NCBI GenBank assembly: GCA_000002435.2
Contig: AACB03000012.1
Strand: one strand, 5' to 3'
Origin: Giardia intestinalis
Taxonomy: Eukaryota
Length of the DNA: 9,026 bases
The position numbers and the translations under genes were made by a program. The notes below the pieces were generated by a model, which saw nothing but the letters and a program-made list of their open reading frames with translations, was not told the origin of the DNA and did not search any database. Below are positions 7,101 to 9,026 of the stretch, piece by piece (position 1 is the first letter of the stretch; each line of letters begins with the position of its first letter).

Positions 7101-9026
7101 TCTGCAAGGCGTGCCTCCTCGGGCTCCTCAACGGGCGCTTCAGGTTCTTCGACGGGCTCCGCGGGGTCTGCAAGGCGTGCCTCCTCGGGCTCCTCAACGG
7201 GCGCTTCAGGTTCTTCGACGGGCGCCTCTTGCTGCTCGGGTTCTTCGACGGGCTCCGCGGGCTCTGCAAGGCGTGCCTCCTCGGGCTCCTCAACGGGCGC
7301 TTCAGGTTCTTCGACGGGCTCCGCGGGCTCTGCAAGGCGTGCCTCCTCGGGCTCCTCAACGGGCGCTTCAGGTTCTTCGACGGGCGCCTCTTGCTGCTCG
7401 GGTTCTTCGACGGGCTCCGCGGGGTCTGCAAGGCGTGCCTCCTCGGGCTCCTCAACGGGCGCTTCAGGTTCTTCGACGGGCGCCTCTTGCTGCTCGGGTT
7501 CTTCGACGGGCTCCGCGGGGTCTGCAAGGCGTGCCTCCTCGGGCTCCTCAACGGGCGCTTCAGGTTCTTCGACGGGCGCCTCTTGCTGCTCGGGTTCTTC
7601 GACGGGCTCCGCGGGGTCTGCAAGGCGTGCCTCCTCGGGCTCCTCAACGGGCGCTTCAGGTTCTTCGACGGGCGCCTCTTGCTGCTCGGGTTCTTCGACG
7701 GGCTCCGCGGGGTCTGCAAGGCGTGCCTCCTCGGGCTCCTCAACGGGCGCTTCAGGTTCTTCGACGGGCGCCTCTTGCTGCTCGGGTTCTTCGACGGGCT
7801 CCGCGGGGTCTGCAAGGCGTGCCTCCTCGGGCTCCTCAACGGGCGCTTCAGGTTCTTCGACGGGCGCCTCTTGCTGCTCGGGTTCTTCGACGGGCTCCGC
7901 GGGCTCTGCAAGGCGTGCCTCCTCGGGCTCCTCAACGGGCGCTTCAGGTTCTTCGACGGGCTCCGCGGGCTCTGCAAGGCGTGCCTCCTCGGGCTCCTCA
8001 ACGGGCGCTTCAGGTTCTTCGACGGGCTCCGCGGGGTCTGCAAGGCGTGCCTCCTCGGGCTCCTCAACGGGCGCTTCAGGTTCTTCGACGGGCTCCGCGG
8101 GGTCTGCAAGGCGTGCCTCCTCGGGCTCCTCAACGGGCGCTTCAGGTTCTTCGACGGGCTCCGCGGGGTCTGCAAGGCGTGCCTCCTCGGGCTCCTCAAC
8201 GGGCGCTTCAGGTTCTTCGACGGGCGCCTCTTGCTGCTCGGGTTCTTCGACGGGCTCCGCGGGGTCTGCAAGGCGTGCCTCCTCGGGCTCCTCAACGGGC
8301 GCTTCAGGTTCTTCGACGGGCGCCTCTTGCTGCTCGGGTTCTTCGACGGGCTCCGCGGGGTCTGCAAGGCGTGCCTCCTCGGGCTCCTCAACGGGCGCTT
8401 CAGGTTCTTCGACGGGCGCCTCTTGCTGCTCGGGTTCTTCGACGGGCTCCGCGGGGTCTGCAAGGCGTGCCTCCTCGGGCTCCTCAACGGGCGCTTCAGG
8501 TTCTTCGACGGGCGCCTCTTGCTGCTCGGGTTCTTCGACGGGCTCCGCGGGGTCTGCAAGGCGTGCCTCCTCGGGCTCCTCAACGGGCGCTTCAGGTTCT
8601 TCGACGGGCGCCTCTTGCTGCTCGGGTTCTTCGACGGGCTCCGCGGGTCTGCAAGGCGTGCCTCCTCGGGCTCCTCAACGGGCGCTTCAGGTTCTTCGAC
8701 GGGCTCCGCGGGGTCTGCAAGGCGTGCCTCCTCGGGCTCCTCAACGGGCGCTTCAGGTTCTTCGACGGGCTCCGCGGGGTCTGCAAGGCGTGCCTCCTCG
8801 GGCTCCTCAACGGGCGCTTCAGGTTCTTCGACGGCGCCTCTTGCTGCTCGGGTTCTTCGACGGGCTCCGCGGGGTCTGCAAGGCGTGCCTCCTCGGGCTC
8901 CTCAACGGGCGCTTCAGGTTCTTCGACGGGCGCTCTTGCTGCTCGGTTCTTCGACGGGCTCCGCGGGTCTGCAAGGCGTGCCTCCTCGGGCTCCTCAACG
9001 GGCGCTTCAGGTTCTTCGACGGGCGC
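1147..9026 (-). CDS. Repeat domain of the same protein, read in the acidic frame: (EEPEAPVEEPEEARLA[E/D]PAEPV)n, with 32-aa units inserting EEPEQQEAPV and 19-aa units lacking AEP. It is N-terminal to the flank segment. The true start lies beyond position 9026. The frame is broken in this assembly by single-base homopolymer indels.
   Basis: The reverse complement of the unit, read in phase with the stop-free flank frame, gives codons CCT GAA GCG CCC GTT GAG GAG CCC GAG GAG GCA CGC CTT GCA GAG CCC GCG GAG CCC GTC GAA GAA, with no stop and no ATG, GTG, TTG or CTG. All unit variants differ by multiples of 3 (66, 96 and 57 bp), which is the pattern of selection on a reading frame. Frame continuity with the flank holds up to the first indel at 2572-2575. 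Beyond that point continuity requires the indels to be errors. Confidence 0.5.
2572..2575. other. Single-base deletion in a homopolymer (CGCGGGTCTG where CGCGGGGTCTG or CGCGGGCTCTG is expected). It shifts the frame.
   Basis: I compared it directly with flanking units. This is where the track ORF 1134..2540 ends and ORF 2549..2767 begins. Confidence 0.9.
2829..2832. other. Single-base deletion in a homopolymer (G4 to G3) that shifts the frame.
   Basis: GGCTCCGCGGGTCTGCAAGG at 2821-2840 compared with the canonical unit. This indel bounds the 1935-aa track ORF. Confidence 0.9.
4558..5352. repeat. Higher-order repeat block in which 57-bp and 66-bp units alternate as a 123-bp super-unit. The order is S C S C S S C S C S C S C, and every canonical unit here carries the C allele (CGCGGGCTCTG).
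   Basis: I traced the unit boundaries by hand: short units at 4558, 4681, 4804, 4861, 4984, 5107 and 5230, with canonical units between them. Only two other short units occur in the window (about 2950 and about 3501). Confidence 0.8.
7375..7950. repeat. Run of six consecutive 96-bp variant units.
   Basis: GCGCCTCTTGC recurs at exactly 96-bp spacing (7384, 7480, 7576, 7672, 7768, 7864). The first five units carry the G allele. Confidence 0.85.
8215..8693. repeat. Run of five consecutive 96-bp variant units. The last one carries the single-base deletion at 8645-8648.
   Basis: Insert motifs lie at 8224, 8320, 8416, 8512 and 8608, at 96-bp spacing. Long units dominate the high-coordinate end of the array, which is the N-terminal-proximal end of the minus-strand gene. 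Confidence 0.85.
8645..8648. other. Single-base deletion in a homopolymer (G4 to G3) that shifts the frame.
   Basis: CCGCGGGTCT at 8641-8650. This indel bounds the 1935-aa track ORF on its upstream side. Confidence 0.9.
8831..8968. other. Cluster of four more single-base homopolymer contractions: ACGGCGCC at about 8833 (G3 to G2), GGGCGCTCTTG at about 8933 (CC to C), CTCGGTTC at about 8945 (G3 to G2), and CCGCGGGTCT at about 8965 (G4 to G3).
   Basis: I compared each against the consensus unit. Five of the seven indels in the window fall in the final 200 bp, which suggests degraded base quality at a contig or read end. Confidence 0.85.

Larger units (their letters stand above)
1141..9026. repeat. 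Near-perfect direct tandem array of about 106 units. The canonical 66-bp unit (plus strand) is CTTCGACGGGCTCCGCGGG[C/G]TCTGCAAGGCGTGCCTCCTCGGGCTCCTCAACGGGCGCTTCAGGTT. About 32 units are a 96-bp variant carrying the 30-bp insert CGCCTCTTGCTGCTCGGGTTCTTCGACGGG. Nine units are a 57-bp variant lacking CCGCGGGCT. The array is truncated by the window end.
   Basis: The 66-bp periodicity is read directly: CTTCGACGGG recurs at 1146, 1212, 1278 and onward. Counting GCGCCTCTTGC gives about 32 long units, and counting CGACGGGCTCTGCAAGG gives 9 short units. Apart from a C/G polymorphism at one position and a handful of single-base indels, units are identical. The canonical unit has A6 T14 G22 C24 (about 70% GC). 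Confidence 0.97.

Noticed and set aside
1134-8810. The four ORF-track calls (468, 72, 1935 and 72 aa) as separate genes encoding basic RSPRRHALQ-repeat proteins.
   Set aside because: Each begins at a TTG inside a repeat unit that the finder renders as M, with no RBS or ATG. Each ends within a few codons of a single-base homopolymer indel. Together they tile a single array. A different frame is the one continuous with the 382-codon stop-free flank. They are fragments of one shadow frame, not independent genes.
2572-8968. Reading the frameshifts as programmed ribosomal frameshifting or phase-variable on/off switching.
   Set aside because: The indels sit at arbitrary units, and most crowd the low-quality window end. 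They are all homopolymer contractions of the kind sequencing produces, and there is no slippery heptamer or downstream structure context. Sequencing error is the more parsimonious explanation. True phase variation would typically involve a single long homopolymer or short repeat near the 5' end of the gene.
1141-9026. A CRISPR array, because of the regular direct repeats.
   Set aside because: There are no unique spacers. The array is a pure head-to-tail tandem repeat in which the 'spacers' would be identical to each other. The units (66, 96 and 57 bp) abut directly, and the variants preserve a reading frame. No cas genes or leader sequence are present.
1141-9026. Plus-strand coding, since all three plus frames are open across the array (for example SSTGSAGSARRASSGSSTGASG, which looks mucin-like).
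   Set aside because: The openness follows from composition alone: the array has no TA or AT dinucleotide and no TGA. No plus-strand frame stays open into the flank, and plus frame 1 there is full of TAA, TAG and TGA. The array has no ATG on either strand. The minus strand has the only frame supported by non-repetitive sequence.
1-9026. A mobile element, IS or integron structure.
   Set aside because: No transposase-like or integrase-like ORF, no terminal inverted repeats and no target-site duplication are visible. All of the repetitiveness is direct, tandem and in-frame.

Overview
The window splits into two parts. Positions 1-1140 are ordinary, non-repetitive sequence of roughly 40-50% GC. 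From 1141 to the window end (9026, still inside the array) there is an almost perfect head-to-tail tandem array of about 106 units. About 65 units are a 66-bp canonical unit, about 32 are a 96-bp variant with a 30-bp internal insert/duplication, and 9 are a 57-bp variant with a 9-bp deletion. All unit lengths are multiples of 3. My reading is that the whole window is an internal piece of one very large minus-strand gene that runs off both ends. The minus-strand frame read from plus-strand triplets 1-3, 4-6 and so on has no stop codon across the entire non-repetitive flank (about 380 codons). That frame runs in phase into the array, where it encodes an acidic Glu/Pro-rich 22-aa repeat, EEPEAPVEEPEEARLA(E/D)PAEPV. 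The 32-aa variant inserts EEPEQQEAPV and the 19-aa variant lacks AEP. The four ORFs in the supplied track are the overlapping basic frame (LRSPRRHALQ(S/T)PRSPSKNLKRP). They start at TTG codons inside the repeat and end only because of single-base indels. I regard them as artefacts of ORF calling on a low-complexity array in which five of six frames are open. Seven single-base deletions break the frame, at 2572-2575, 2829-2832, 8645-8648, 8833, 8933, 8945 and 8965. Each is a contraction of a G or C homopolymer, and five fall in the last 200 bp, which is the signature of sequencing or assembly error rather than biology. I see no rRNA, tRNA, CRISPR, transposase or promoter-like feature. Copy number and organism of origin cannot be determined from the sequence alone. 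The architecture is a GC-rich coding minisatellite inside a codon-wise AT-leaning gene for a disordered S/T-rich protein. That is as consistent with a eukaryotic VNTR-containing gene as with a bacterial repeat-containing surface or effector protein.
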